Origin: Camelus ferus
Taxonomy: Eukaryota
DNA length: 64,000 nt
Direction: 5' to 3'
Assembly: GCF_009834535.1 (NCBI RefSeq)
Contig: NC_045697.1
Coordinates: 55,368,001-55,432,000, forward strand
The translations under genes and the position numbers were made by a program. This document shows, one piece after another, positions 11,484 through 24,756 of the stretch; position 1 is the stretch's first letter; each line of letters starts with the position of its first letter. A model generated the notes under the pieces. It was given only the letters and a program-made list of their open reading frames with translations. It did not search any database and was not told the origin of the DNA.

Positions 11484-13469
11484 TAAGAAACTCTTTATTT
11501 ATTAAACAGTTATAAATGGAGCAATGTCCTTAGGAAAACTCTGTGGAAGATTTGCCATGTCACTCCCAGATCACCCAGCATCTGGGACACAGAGGTTCAG
11601 TGTCAGGATAACAGTAGAAGTTCATTACAGGAGCCCACAGTAATATCATTGAATGACATAACGTTGTCTTCTCCAGAGCACTGCTGTGTGCTAAGTTCCG
11701 GGCTCTCAAGTGCTTTATTTTTCAGCAGGATGCTCTCCTGAATCAAATTTGTGCCAAGTTTTGCATAATGTCTTATGTTCTTTATCAGGACAACGGTATG
11801 AAATATTGAATAGGAAGTTATCACTGTAGCCAATATAAAAGATTAAATAGACCTGTCAGTCTCTTCTCAGAAAGAAAACATGGTATTCAGAGAGAACAGA
11901 AACAGAATCAGACATCCAGATAGGGATTCAGATCAAAATACTATATTCTTTGTTTCCTATATCATGAAGTGTTTCTCTGTTATTCTTAAGCACAATGAAA
12001 TTAAGAAACTCAATGAATTTCTACAAAGATGGAATATTTTCTTTTTAAAAGTGGAAAACTACAACTTAAAACTTCCCCGAAAATAAACTATGCTGAAACT
12101 AGGAAACACATACTTGAAGTTAGGATTCAGTGATGAAGTAATGATTTTCAGAAAATTTATGTTGCAATCTCAGAACCTAAAATATAACATTTAAATATGA
12201 AGGTAGAAAGTTATGGAGTTCAATAAAATAACAAGAAATAACTTGGAAATTTGTTAAATACATAGGTTTCTGAAAACTCACAGTAGTAGATGTTAAACAT
12301 TTCTTCTGAGAGAAACTGAAGTTAAGATCTAGTTCTCATTTTTTTCCTTTTTTTCCTCTTGCCACCATATCTTTGCAGGACAATGACAAACTGCCTTAGA
12401 AAGCAATTGACCATTAAGACAATGGCTTGTCAGGAACCTGGAGTTGTTTGGACTTGTTTGTTGCAGTTTAGAAAGGAACAGCCTCCTACCCTGTCTAGGC
12501 AAACTGGCTAATTCTTTGAGACTGTTCTTGGCCAGTATTTGTGCTGGTCATCCAATCCTACTATACTCTGGTTTAACAGATAAGACAGGGTGCAGTAAAG
12601 AGCCTGAACTATGTTATTTGAATTATTTTTGTTAACTTCACCACATCTTACCCAGCACACTCTACACCCTGACCCTTCTTGAAAGCAGCTTCTCAAACCG
12701 CAGCTGCTATCACCAAAACCATGCAAAGAAAACTGATCATGTATCATTAATTCAACTTTTTTTTCAAGCCCAACTCTACCCTCCTAGTTTTGCCATGACA
12801 AAGGATTATTTGGCTTCGAATTATTTTAAGAGTCTTAGGGGCTCTTATTCCCTCTTGTGAGAATTGAACAAAATCTTTCATGTGCCTCTAGGTTTTCTGT
12901 ATAAACTATCCTCATTCAGAAAATGTATCTCAGGAAGAAAAAAAATGCAAAGTGAACCCTAGTTGACTCATGAATTTTGCATTTTGTCTCACTAAAAATG
13001 AAGAATCCGGATAGGTAATTGTTTGAAAGTAAGTATGTTATGTGTTAGGTGGGTTGACCTTTAATTAGCCTAAAGCCTGGAAGAGAGTTAAATGAAAAGA
13101 AAATAAACCTGTGCTGAAAAGTCTCTTCAGAGGATTGAGCGAAGGCATGAGAGAGCAGAGCTCAGAGAATAAGTAAAGGGCATATTTTTAGGGAGGAGGG
13201 AGCTTCAGATATTTGAAAAGATGCTGTCTCTCCTATTTTTGTTATCAAAGGACCAATAAGTACAAGTGATGTAACGGATTCTTAATAATTAGACCTCCTC
13301 AAAAGAATGAGTTAGTTTCCTATTAGGTAGATACAGATATTATGAGATTTATTCAAGCATAATTTAGATAGTATTATACTGCAGAAGGAACAACTGCACT
13401 GTGCAGACTCTTAACTAGACAGTCTCTGATTCTGTACTTCATTCAGCTTCTGAATCAGAAGTGCCTATT

Positions 13470-13660
13470 ATGTTTAAGTTCCTTAGGGACAAGGTCACAT
13501 CTGTTTTATGCTTGAAACTATTTCTAACCTTAGATTAGAAATAACTCTTCAGAAAGGTAGATAGACTGTAAACTCTGTACTACCTTTTGTTTCCCCACAG
13601 TGACTATTGCAGTGTTCTGAATATATTAGAGACTCAATAAATACTTTATGGACTAATTGG
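13470..13660 (+). mobile_element. L2 3' end fragments
   Basis: TAAGTTCCTTAGGGACAAGG and TAGACTGTAAACTC...ACTCAATAAATACTTT motifs. Confidence 0.55.
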
Positions 13661-14489
13661 CACATGCAAGTTTGAAAAGCACGTTCTTAGAAATGCAGCC
13701 AATAGAACTTCACAGCACACACAACCTTGTCTCAGCAGATGTTTGGACTTGAAGTGAAGTGATCTGTCTAATCTGGCACCTTGGCTTAGAAAGGCATTTT
13801 CTACTCCAGGTGGCAATGCCTTGAAATAATCACAAATGACTGTTTCCCAGCAACGAGGAGGAGAGCCTCCTGCTGCACAGAAATTTCCTAAGTTCTTCCT
13901 AACGACAATTTGAAAAAAATCAATGGAGATAAACCCTAATAGTTTGGTTTATCATTTCCATTTTTTTGCCATTTCTGTTAGTGTATCATCAATTAAGAAT
14001 GTATGGAAGGGAACCTATTTCAATAAAAACATTGTCAAACAAATACACGCCATACAAATATGCATGGATATGTGCTAGAGTAATCGTGAATGATAGCTGA
14101 ATTTCATCTCAGAATAGATGAAAGAAAAAAATTGGTCCAAAATCAGATTCAAGTACTCTAAAATATATTTTATTATGTATATATTTCTATTTAACAAAAA
14201 AGCTTTTGATTTTTATTACTGGTTAATAAATAGTTTGATTTTCTGAATAAAGCTATCATAATATCTCAATCTACAAAGTTTCAATCCTAATTATATACAT
14301 TTACAAAGATAACAGATTCCTATTCTAATAGTTCTTTGCACCATGAAGTCAAGGTACAGAATTCCCACTTGCAAGTCATTGAAACTGATCAGTTTCTGAT
14401 TTTTCACAGGGAGGCATCCCTGAAAATGATAGAGAAGGGCTTACCTAATATAGCTACGTGGCAGCATGAGAGAGAGAGATGGAAGGACT

Positions 14490-14730
14490 CGGTAGGATGC
14501 GATGGTCAGGAGCACAGGCTCTAGAGGCAGACTGACAGGATCTGCACCTCACGTGCTGTGGTTTCTTATGTGTATGATTTAGGCAAATTAGTTAACAATT
14601 CTGTAGTTTCATTTCCTCATCTGTAAATGATAATGGCAACATAGATGATAATCTCTACTTTCTAATGTTTCTATTAATGAATTAACATGTAAAAATTGCT
14701 TAGAATGAAGACTTGATAGAACATAAGTTT
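14490..14730 (+). mobile_element. MIR SINE
   Basis: GAGCACAGGCTCTAGAGGCAGACTG...TTAGGCAAATTAGTTAAC...TTTCCTCATCTGTAAATG core. Confidence 0.85.
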
Positions 14731-16109
14731 TAGGTCATCCTTTGCATTTCAATTTATATGTACAGCCTATATTTACATCCTTGTTGATAAATTAATAGTT
14801 GTTTAAACCAAAAGTTACAATCAGAAGAAACATGGAATATTTCTGTCATCTGAATTTAAGGACCTAGCCACCACTTTCTTCCCATGTTTCATTTACTAGT
14901 TAATAACTGATACTGAAAAAATACGTGGCAATTATTTGTGCAGTGTATTATTTTATGTTGTCAATTAATAATAATAATAATGAATCTATCAAATTCAGCA
15001 GGACATTTATAATATAATTGCACTAACTGCTTCAATACCAATATGGGGTGTTAAGTTAATTTTTTTACATGTCCTCAAAGACAAACAGCTCTATGGAGAA
15101 TAACTTTTTTAAAACAGCATAATGAAAACAGGATGCACAGCTTCAAAAACAGAGGCAGACAGATACCCTGCTTTTGATTTGCGCAACTAATAGTGAATCA
15201 GTGAAGGTGAAAATAAAAGAGTTTATAACCTGAGGGAATAATTGTCCTCTGCATTTGTATGAAAAGAGGTGAAGTGCTCAAGTCCATTTGGCCTACTAGA
15301 CCATCCTCTGATGCCTCACATCACAGAGCTCTGGGACTAGATCATGCCTCCAGGAAACAAATGGGTTTCTTTCTTCCAGTTGCTGTGGTAAATCTACTGA
15401 AAACTTCTGAAATTAAACCCCCTACTAGACAATGCACAGTCTCTTCTGTCTGCCAAGAAGGACCACACTGGGCAAAGAGCAAAACACTGATGACTGTGTA
15501 GCTAAATGAAGCTTTCCTTCCTAGAAGAAATTTGAATATCAGAGGACATTTTACAAAAAAAAAAAAAAAAATACAGCTTAAGAAAATAGCTGAGATTTTT
15601 GCATTGTTCAGTAATCGTCATCACTTATTCTATGTAGTTTCTTATGCCATTGGAAGAAGTAATCTAGCAGCAACAGGTAAAGTGTTTCAAAAGGTGTGCA
15701 AGTGTGGGTAAGATAGATGCCAGTTAGAAATTAAACAGGTCAAACTTGAACCCTTTTGGTTTTACTGTTCTTGTAAGTTGTGTATATCAAATTTACCTAT
15801 CAAATTTACCATTTATTTCTACAAGCTAGTAATGAGGTTATATAAACTCAGGTTAGAGTACGTTACTTTCTCTTCTTGTGGTGTTACACCAGACTTTTTG
15901 TGGCTGGTCAAAAGACAAAGAGTAAATATGCTGTTTTTTAAATTGTTTTATGATGGAGGGAAAGAGGGAGAGGGGAGAATAATAAAGCTTCAAACTAAAG
16001 AGTTCTCTATATATTATGATGTTGGGGAAGTTAGAACTGTACCTTGTGAAGAACACTGATTTTATTTCCAAGTACTGAGAGTATATGTTGAATATAAAAG
16101 TTAAATAAA

Positions 16110-16470
16110 TTTAACTTAACAAATATTAATTGATCCTGTCTTACATACCTGAACTTCCAGTGGATGCTTTATGTGAATGTAAGTTGAATAGTGCATGCGG
16201 TCTGACCTTGAAACACTGGAGTCAAAAACAAACAAATGAAAATAATAAACAGAGTAGTAAGTGAAATCTGCTAATGAACAGGTTTTTTAAAACATGTATT
16301 CTTGTCTTGTAAAAGAAAGAAGAAAACTAATTTTACCTGGGGTTGGAGGGACCACAGAGAATTTCTCTGAGGAGGCAGAATTAGAGATAGATCTTGTAAA
16401 ATGGGTAGAATTTAGTTGGTGGATATGGTGGAGAGAAATACTCCATATAGAGAAATGTGTAATTGAAAAT
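16110..16470 (-). mobile_element. L2 LINE 3' fragment
   Basis: AACAAATATTAATTGA tail, then TTTCTCTGAGGAGGCAGAATTAGAGATAGATCTTGTAAAATGGGTAGAATTTAG. Confidence 0.6.
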
Positions 16471-16559
16471 AGAAAGACAAAACCTGGCCTGTGTCTGTAG
16501 ATCTCTCTAAAGTCTGTACAAAATAAGATGCACACAGAAAGGAGGAGTAGAAATAAAAT

Positions 16560-16560
<1 letters not shown>

Positions 16561-16593
<33 letters not shown>

Positions 16594-16596
16594 TAT
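16561..16596. repeat. (TA)n(CA)n microsatellite
   Basis: Direct reading. Confidence 0.9.
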
Positions 16597-16969
16597 AAAT
16601 AAAGTTTAAGCTAAAATTATAGAAGACTTGATTTAGATGAGAAATACGGTTTCACATTTTTAGACATGGAAACCATTAAAGAATGAATCAGAGTACCATG
16701 AAAAGAGGTCTGTCTAGGGAGGTTATATCTGTGGTTATCCAATGGTTATTGCCAAGGCATAACAATATCTTATTAATTAAGTCTAACAATTGTCTTATAT
16801 TCAAAATGATTACTTGTTCAATACATAAAGATATCTTTAGAATTATTTTACTTAGTATCAAAACATACGTGGTTTTGCTAGCTTTTTGGTTTATTTTGTT
16901 CTTTTCTATCAACCACACTGATCTATCGATCTATATCTATCTATAGAGAGAGAAAGAGGGAAAGAGAGA

Positions 16970-17415
16970 GAATATCCCACATGATCTTATAATGCAATAT
17001 TGACATTCTTCCATCAAAGGTGGGTCTATGTTCCATCTCCTTGAATCTGGGCAGACGTAACTTCCTTGACCAGTGGTATGTGGCAGAAATCATGCTAAGG
17101 CTACATGATAACAGACATGACAGCTCCTGCCTCTCTCACTCTCAGCATCTCTCTTTGTCCCTTCATCTCTGCGCAGTTGACCTTTAACCCAGTCACAGTG
17201 TTTTGAGAAAAGTCTGACCACATGGGAACGACGTGTAGATTTCCCCTCTGACGGCTGAAGCTAGACCCCTGGAGAAATCACCTTTAAGATTTTTGTGCCA
17301 ATGATCAACAAGATCATTTTGTTCCCCAGCCTTGAGATCTTTCACATGAGACCTCAGACACTTTGAAGCAGAGATAAACTGTCTCCATTTTACCCTTGTC
17401 TGAAATCCTTACCCA
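16970..17415 (+). mobile_element. MaLR LTR (MLT1F/G/H-like)
   Basis: TCTATGTTCCATCTCCTTGAATCTGGGCAG...TGTGGCAGAAATCATGCT...GAAGCAGAGATAAACTGTC...TGAAATCCTTACCCACAG. Confidence 0.7.
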
Positions 17416-17469
17416 CAGCGACTGATAACCAGTACAGTTATGTGTAGTATGTGTAATAGATGAAGCTTA

Positions 17470-18450
17470 TTCATTGGCTTGTTCAAATATTCTTCATGCT
17501 TATTGAAATTTTTACCTGCTAATCCATCATATTTTAAGAATGATTTCTTTTTAAATTTCCCAGTATTATGTGGATTTTACTATTTGTCCTTATAATTGTG
17601 AGGTTGTGTGTGTGTGTCTGTGTATAAAATTTGTTACTGAGGGTGTATGTTGTAGGAATTATTGCATCTTCTGATGAATAAGCCATTATCATTAGGTAAT
17701 GACCCTCTCTCTAGTAATGTTTTATAACATTTATTTTGTCTGAAATTCATGTAACTATTCCTGCATTCTTTCTATTATAGTTACTTGGTATTTTTCCCAC
17801 TCTTTTACTCCTTCAGTTTACTTACATTTTAATTCTGTTTCTTGTAAGCAATATCAAGCTGGATTTCATATTCTATCCAATGTAACATTTTCTTTGACCG
17901 AAGTATGTATGTATGTATGTATATATGTATATATATATATTATCATTTCATTTACCATTACTAGTGATATAGTTGGATTAATTTCTAAGACCTTATTTGG
18001 TTATGTTTATCCCATCCTTTCCTCTTCCCTCTGTTTTTCTACTTTTGAATAGCTACTTATTTTTCATTTCATTTTTTCCCTCAACTAATTTTTTTTCATA
18101 CTTACTGCTTTCATTATTTCCTCCTGCACCACTGAACTTCCATATGCGATAGTTAACCTTCCACCTTCCTTAGGAATTTTCCCAGGGAGGGTTTATTAGT
18201 TACACACTGCTTTGTAAATCTGAAAGTGCTTTTTTAAATTACTCTAATTCTTGAAATATTTTCTCAGTTGTGTAATTTATGGGACACATTAGACTTTTCT
18301 CAATAGGTTGGGGATATTTCCCACCATCCTCAGTTTTCCTTGTTGCTACTGAGCAATTATTGGGAAGTCAGGTATTGAATAATGGTTGGTCTTTTAAAAA
18401 TAATCTACGTTTTCTCTCTAGTTAATTCAAAATCACCTTATGGTCACTGA
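17470..18450 (-). mobile_element. Old L1M (L1ME-like) fragment
   Basis: T-rich antisense L1 signature (TTTTGTCTGAAATTCATGTAACTATTCCTGCATTCTTT, TTTCTTGTAAGCAATATC). Internal (TATG)n(TA)n. Confidence 0.65.
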
Positions 18451-19479
18451 TACTCTGATGAACCATCATACCAAACCTGACAACCTACACTCAGTTATTT
18501 TTTATGAGACAAATAAACTTGAATAACTAAAGAATGCTGTAGTAGAATTTTTGTAATTTGAAGGCTAAAACCTCTAATTTTAAAAGGTAGGATGTTTTAG
18601 AACTATGTGAATTATTTCACGTGCTAGATCCAAAGAATGACATTAGCTCTTTCTTTTAAGCTCTTTCCCAAACAATGGGGAAATCTTTGGCTTTTTTTTT
18701 TTATATTTAGAATATTTCAAGTGTATGAATGGTTTGAGGACTGGATTTTCAAAATCTAACTTTTATGTTACAAATAAGATTTGTTTTACCTCTTTGTGAT
18801 GAAAAGGTGATATTTTTCTGTTAATGAAGTATAATTCATAGTCACTTTCCAATTTCCTGAAATATCAATTGTCAACATTGTAATTTTTTTTAAAAATGCA
18901 TGAACTTCAACAATCTTTACAAAGAGCTGTCTGGTGAAATATTAACTATTTGTATAGTGCTGATAAAATATTTTTATTTGATCCTTCCAGCAAAACTGTG
19001 CTGTCTATTACTCTTACCTTCACTGTTTTCATAAGCACAGAACAAGATTAGTAAGATTAAATGGTTTATTGAAGTTTATAAAAATAGTACATAATAGAAG
19101 CTTTTTAACTTCCAAATTGATGCTTTTATCAGCACATTTTGACATCATCCTGCTAAAAAAATATGGAAGCAAATTTCTCCTTGCACTTGATACTTATGAA
19201 TTCTTTGGGAACATAAAATATCCTGAGATATCCTTTTTTAAGACTACACTTGATAGAAAACCACAATTACATGAGTGGGTTTGTTTCCATTTGAATAATA
19301 AATATTTAATATAAAGCATGTCATGTTGAAGCGATTAATGGCTTAATGTTTTGAGCATATCTTTTTACATGCAAAAGTCCATAATTTAACTGTGTGTTAT
19401 CTCTTCATTGAAAAGATAAAAAATACTAAAATCTATAAAATAATTTTTAAAGTAGTCAACACCTCATCATCTGTATATA

Positions 19480-19600
19480 AAGACTCATTCAATAACAAGT
19501 GTTTATTGAGTGTATGTTATGTGGTAAAAACTAGAGATATAGCAACAAACAAGACAGATAACCAACATGCAATAATTTGTGGGTTATAAAGACATAAGAA
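19480..19600 (-). mobile_element. L2 3' end
   Basis: CATTCAATAACAAGTGTTTATTGAGTGTATGTTATGTG...GAGATATAGCAACAAACAAGACAGA. Confidence 0.65.
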
Positions 19601-19865
19601 TTCAGTAACATTTCGAATAGTAATAAGGATATTGACAGATACTGTTTCTGCCCCACTCTATTGATTTTCATAGAAAAAGTTTTATTTAAATAAACATTTT
19701 TGGCATCTTGCATTGTCACTACTCCACAGGGAGGTAGAGAGTATCCCAACTTCTTACTCTTTTCTACTTTAGGAACTAACCTACTTCATGGTATATGCAT
19801 TATATTCTTTTCTAGGTCACTCAAGTTTTCCATGTGATATTTCAGTATTACTTGTTATAAGTGAG

Positions 19866-20303
19866 TGTTTTGACTTGAATTGTATCCCTTTAAATATGTT
19901 TAAAGTCCCCACCTCAGTACCTCAGAATGTGACCTTATTCAGAAATGAGGTCTTTATAAATGATTACGTAGTAGGGTGGGATCTACTACCACATGACTAG
20001 TGTCCTTACAAAAGTAGAAATTTGGGTACTGAGACAGACACACACAAGAAAGATGGTATAAAGACACACAGGAAGAATACCAAGTGGAGATGGAAAGTTG
20101 GAGTGATACACCTGCAGGCAAGAACACCTGGGACTACAGAAGCTAGGAGACAGGCACAGAACAGATGATTCCCTAGAGCTTTCAGAGGGACCATGGCTCC
20201 ACCCACACATAGTTCTGGCCGCCTCAACTGTGAGGCAATAAACTTCGGTTTTAAGCTACTCCACTGTGGCACTTTGTTATGGTAGTCCTAGGAAACTAAT
20301 CCA
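19866..20303 (+). mobile_element. MaLR solo LTR (MLT1B/C-like), complete
   Basis: TG...CA termini. CCTCAGAATGTGACCTTATT, AATAAA and TTTGTTATGGTAGTCCTAGGAAACTAAT motifs. Perfect 5-bp TSD GTGAG at 19861-65 and 20304-08. Confidence 0.92.
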
Positions 20304-23300
20304 GTGAGCAAAGTGTCCAATTGTGGGGTTCAGCCAAAAAAAGACATGTGCTTACTTTCAAATGAAAGGCAAGCTTTCCAATATACTAGAAGGGAAAGAA
20401 AAGTATCACAAATAGCTTATGATGATCTTTAATCAAATGGGAGAAATGGCTTATCAACAGATTGTGGCTTTTTTTTTTTTTTTTTAACAAATGTTTGGCA
20501 AAAACTGACTGGAAAGCTAGTGGGACTGAAAAACTACAGAATGACCTTAAAATCTATTTATTTTACTGGCTAGACCTATTACAGAATCATCAAGAGACTC
20601 GTACAACTAACACTGAATAAACAGAGTAAGATGCGAGAAAGATAAATTCCAGGCTTTTTTTATTTTAAACTTTAATAGACAAAATTTAAAATATATTATC
20701 TGGTCTTTATTTCCTTTGGACTTTGATTTTTTTTTCCCCCTAGGAAATTCATAGTAAAAAGGAATTTTTATTCAAATTTGGTGAAATTACATTTTATGTC
20801 TTATGATTGAATTACCTTTATGATTCAGAGTTATAACACTAAGATTAATGATGCCAATTCAAAAATAAATAGCACAAAACATTTACTCTTAAAATAATGA
20901 TGCTAACCAATGTCCCTGACATATGTATTTTAAAAATACAGTTTTTACTGATTTTTTTTTTTTTACTAAATTATTTTTACTACCTATTTACACTGTTTTC
21001 CCTATCTTTTTTGTCCTTGTTATTGTTCATGGCACTGATTATTTTTACTTTATATTTGAAATCACTTGGTAGGTGAATACAAAAACATTTTTACCTAAGT
21101 GTGATAAGAGAAAGACTGAGCAAGCTGGGATGTTAAAAGTCAACATGGTACTCCTTGAACTATTTCCTTCCAATAGTAAACTTAAAAAACATCTATATAG
21201 AGCTATTGTGAGTTGATAGTCTTCACTGATTTGTTTTAATAATGCAAATTTCAAAATTTAATGACAAACTTTTTGATCTCTAAGCTAAGGCTATCAGTCT
21301 GTCGAGTGTTATGAATCCCCATAATGATTAATAGCACCGTAATATACACTAGATCAAAATATCCAGTGGAAAGTATATTATTTTGTTAATATGACTCATC
21401 CTCTCTCCATTATTGATTCCTCTTCCTCAGTAAGATACTGTTAGATGAAAGACAATAAAAATAAGATAAAGAAAATATTGGAAAGTTAAGTAAGTTTTGA
21501 GATTTTATATAGTGGTAAAATGAAACTGTGTTATAAATAGCTTAATGATTCTGAATTTCAAAAGTAACAATAATGCACATGTCTAATAAAGAATTTCCTT
21601 TTCTTGAATACATACTAGAATATACCAGACCCATGCTAGAAACATTGCATAGATTATTCCATTTAATTAAAAAGAAACCTACATCAGTATTCCTTTCTGA
21701 ACTTCTTTTTCTCCTCTGAAATGCAGAAGAAAAAGTTACCAAAGGATTATTATATATAAATATTAATATCTGTAACATAATATTTTAAAGCCAAGATTTG
21801 AACCCCTTTCATTCTGTTTCTAAAACTTGTCTTCTTAACATGAGGTTATTCTGACTCTTTATTATGTAAAATCTCAATGATTTTAATAGCTTATTATGCC
21901 AATTTGGGATATTTTATGAGCTTTATTTCTCTGGTACTAACTATTCAGTTCATATCTCATTAGTACCTTATGCTGAAAAATAGAAGGAGAACTAGAACAC
22001 TATACAACAGATGAATTTTACATCTGCAGAAGATTCGTTGTGAATGAACATGAAAACTAATTGCTAACCTAAGATCTCTGGTTTTAATCTGATACTTTAT
22101 TTGATTTTTTGAGTCATAGGTCCAGCTCAATTTTCTATTCTGTTTTTCTCTGACAACCATAGAAAAATACTGAATTGTTGGGGCTCAACTTTTTTCACAC
22201 TTTTCCCACACTATTAACTTATCTTAATCTGGGCTACACATACACAACTGACCCCCCAAATAATAAACACTATTTTCCCTTCAACATGCTAGCTCGTAAT
22301 TTGCCATATTTTACTCAGTATCAAAATGTAAAATTTGTCTTTAAATTCTTACAACTAATTTTTTGGCATTTATGTATGGAATAAAAAGTGAAATACATGA
22401 AAGTGAGAGTTTTTTTTAATATCAAACATGCAATTTTTGGAATTTCTAGACTCTTCTTTCTTCTTTTTGTATACCCGACATTCTGTACCATGTAATACTT
22501 CCAGTATTACTGCTCTAATTTACAAAAATCTGTATTACACTCTTAGACTTCATATAGGTAAATGCAATAACCACTTCTTTTCTACCTTAGAGATTAAGAG
22601 CTTTAAATTCATGATTTTCTCAACATAGGAATAATTAAGGACTTTATTTTACTTTACTTCCTGTGCATGGGGTAAATTAAGCATGCTCATGTTGTGATTA
22701 ATACATTATTTTCAGTTACGAATAGAGCTAGGCAAACATTTGAACAAAGTAAGAAATTTTGATTATGCTTTGAGAACGATTGTCTAAAATTATTTCCAAC
22801 CTCAATTTACTTCACTCTTTTTGTTCACTTCTAAAAAAGCCTTATAATTATAAACATGCAGAGAAATTTTAAAATTCAATCTTGTGTTGTTAGATCTATC
22901 ATTATGATGATAGCATTTCCCAAAGTTGGACTGCATCTTAAGACAACCATACTGATTCAATAATAACCAAATTTCACTCCTTTTCTAAAATTGCTTGAAA
23001 TCTTTCTCACAATAGTGTATTGCTGTATTGAGCATGTTAATAACAATGTAGATATCTTCCAATATGGTATATAATTAGAGATAATCCTTTAGGACAAGCC
23101 TAATGTAATTTGCCACCTATTTGCGTAGTATTGTTAAATCAAATGATTGATTCAGTACATACACATATACGTTAGATGACCATTTAAACTTTTAGTAATA
23201 TTTAATATTCTAAAATAACTCCCTTCAAGGTTTTGCCTGAATTGGTAAAAATGATCAATACTGGCATGAAATATTTGCTTCACATTTATCAGGAGAGAGG

Positions 23301-23558
23301 AGATAATGAAAACTATGGAAGAGAGTGAATCTTTTGAGGGAGCAAGTCAACACAGAAATAGAGAAAGTTGAGGCTTTGAAAAGTAGAAGTAGAAAAAGGA
23401 AACTAGAAAAAAATAAGAGAAAAATGAGGGGAACCATAGTAGCACAGTGTCTTTAGTAAACCGAAGGGAGAGAAATATTTTCAATCTATTGTATTAACAA
23501 GAATATACTGACATGGATTTTGATATGATTTTCAGTAGTTTTATATGCAAGTAAACAA

Positions 23559-23980
23559 TGTGTCCCAGGAACTTCCTAGGTATTATCTGAAATTGGCCCC
23601 CACATGTGAAAGGCAGAAAGGGACCAAAGAAATAGGCAGATCACTCCGGATTAGCAGGTGTCAGGTTTAATAAGCAAGAGAACCAACTTACAAGGCTTGT
23701 CTTGGTTACCCTCAAGAAGAGTAGATTTCTGCACCTACCTACCAAACCTTGAAAGTTTATATAGAGTTCATAATTGGATTCAGTCATGTATACCATCCAA
23801 ATAATATCAACAACATATTTCTATCTCAAGGCTATATACCCTTGGGGCAGCTTTTGAAAACAGAGAAGGCAAGCAGAACACACATTCCAAGGACAGGGGA
23901 GGGGGTTTGAAGCCTCCAACTGCCAGAGTCCAGGTCAAGGTTCGTTGACAGTCATATCTTCTTAATGACCTGCCTCAGCA
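23559..23980 (-). mobile_element. ERVL-class solo LTR (MER73/MER74-like; family uncertain)
   Basis: Reverse strand begins TGCTGAGGCAGG, has TATATAAA and ATTAAA signals in LTR order, and ends ...GGGACACA. TSD not resolved. Confidence 0.65.
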
Positions 23981-24567
23981 TTGGATTTTGTTAGAATCAA
24001 GGCCTTCCTTCTTTTAAAGACAGAACTTTATTTGCCATTGTGTTAATGTAACACCTTCAGGAAAAAAAAAATTACCTTATCGTTCTAAGTATATTTTCAA
24101 GTGAAAAAAATCAACATAATTGTAATCAGTGAATTCTAAAATACTTAACAAGCCCTCCAAGTTGAAAATACTGATAGATCAAGATCATAACTGGTGTGTA
24201 GGGAAGTTTTCACACTCAGGTGAACCTACTGTAATTTTATCTATGGGCATATAACATCGTAGGTTAAATAATGCTTGCATTTTTAAAGTTGTTATTTTAA
24301 GTTTGCTAGTATTTCCAGTAGAGTTCAAGTGAATCTTTTGTGTATTTATAAACTGTTTTAACAAAAACTTAGTAGCTGTCAGCTACTACAAAGACAGCTC
24401 AAGGAAAAGCCTGTAACGTGAGCTGTGATAACATCAGTTATTCTGTGGAAGTAACATTAATATGGAGACACTTATTTCCTGTTGGAGAGTTTATTCTACA
24501 AATATATGGTTGCTTTAGAGAAGACTGGGTTAATTTATACTTTTTTTATAAATACAATGATGACTTT

Positions 24568-24756
24568 TTTTTTGTTATATATATATTTTTATTGAAGTAT
24601 AGTCAGTTTACAATGTTATGTCAATTTCTGGTGTGCAGCATAATGCTTCAGTTATAAATGAACATACACATCTTCATTTTCACATTCCCTTTCACCATAA
24701 GTTACTACTGATATATTTTATATATATTAGTTAGTATCTGCAAATCTCAAACTCCC
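24568..24756 (-). mobile_element. Very short camelid-type L1 3' end with internal deletion
   Basis: ATTGAAGTATAGTCAGTTTACAATG...CTGCAAATCTCAAACTCCC. Perfect 14-bp TSD ACAATGATGACTTT at 24554-67 and 24757-70. Confidence 0.92.
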
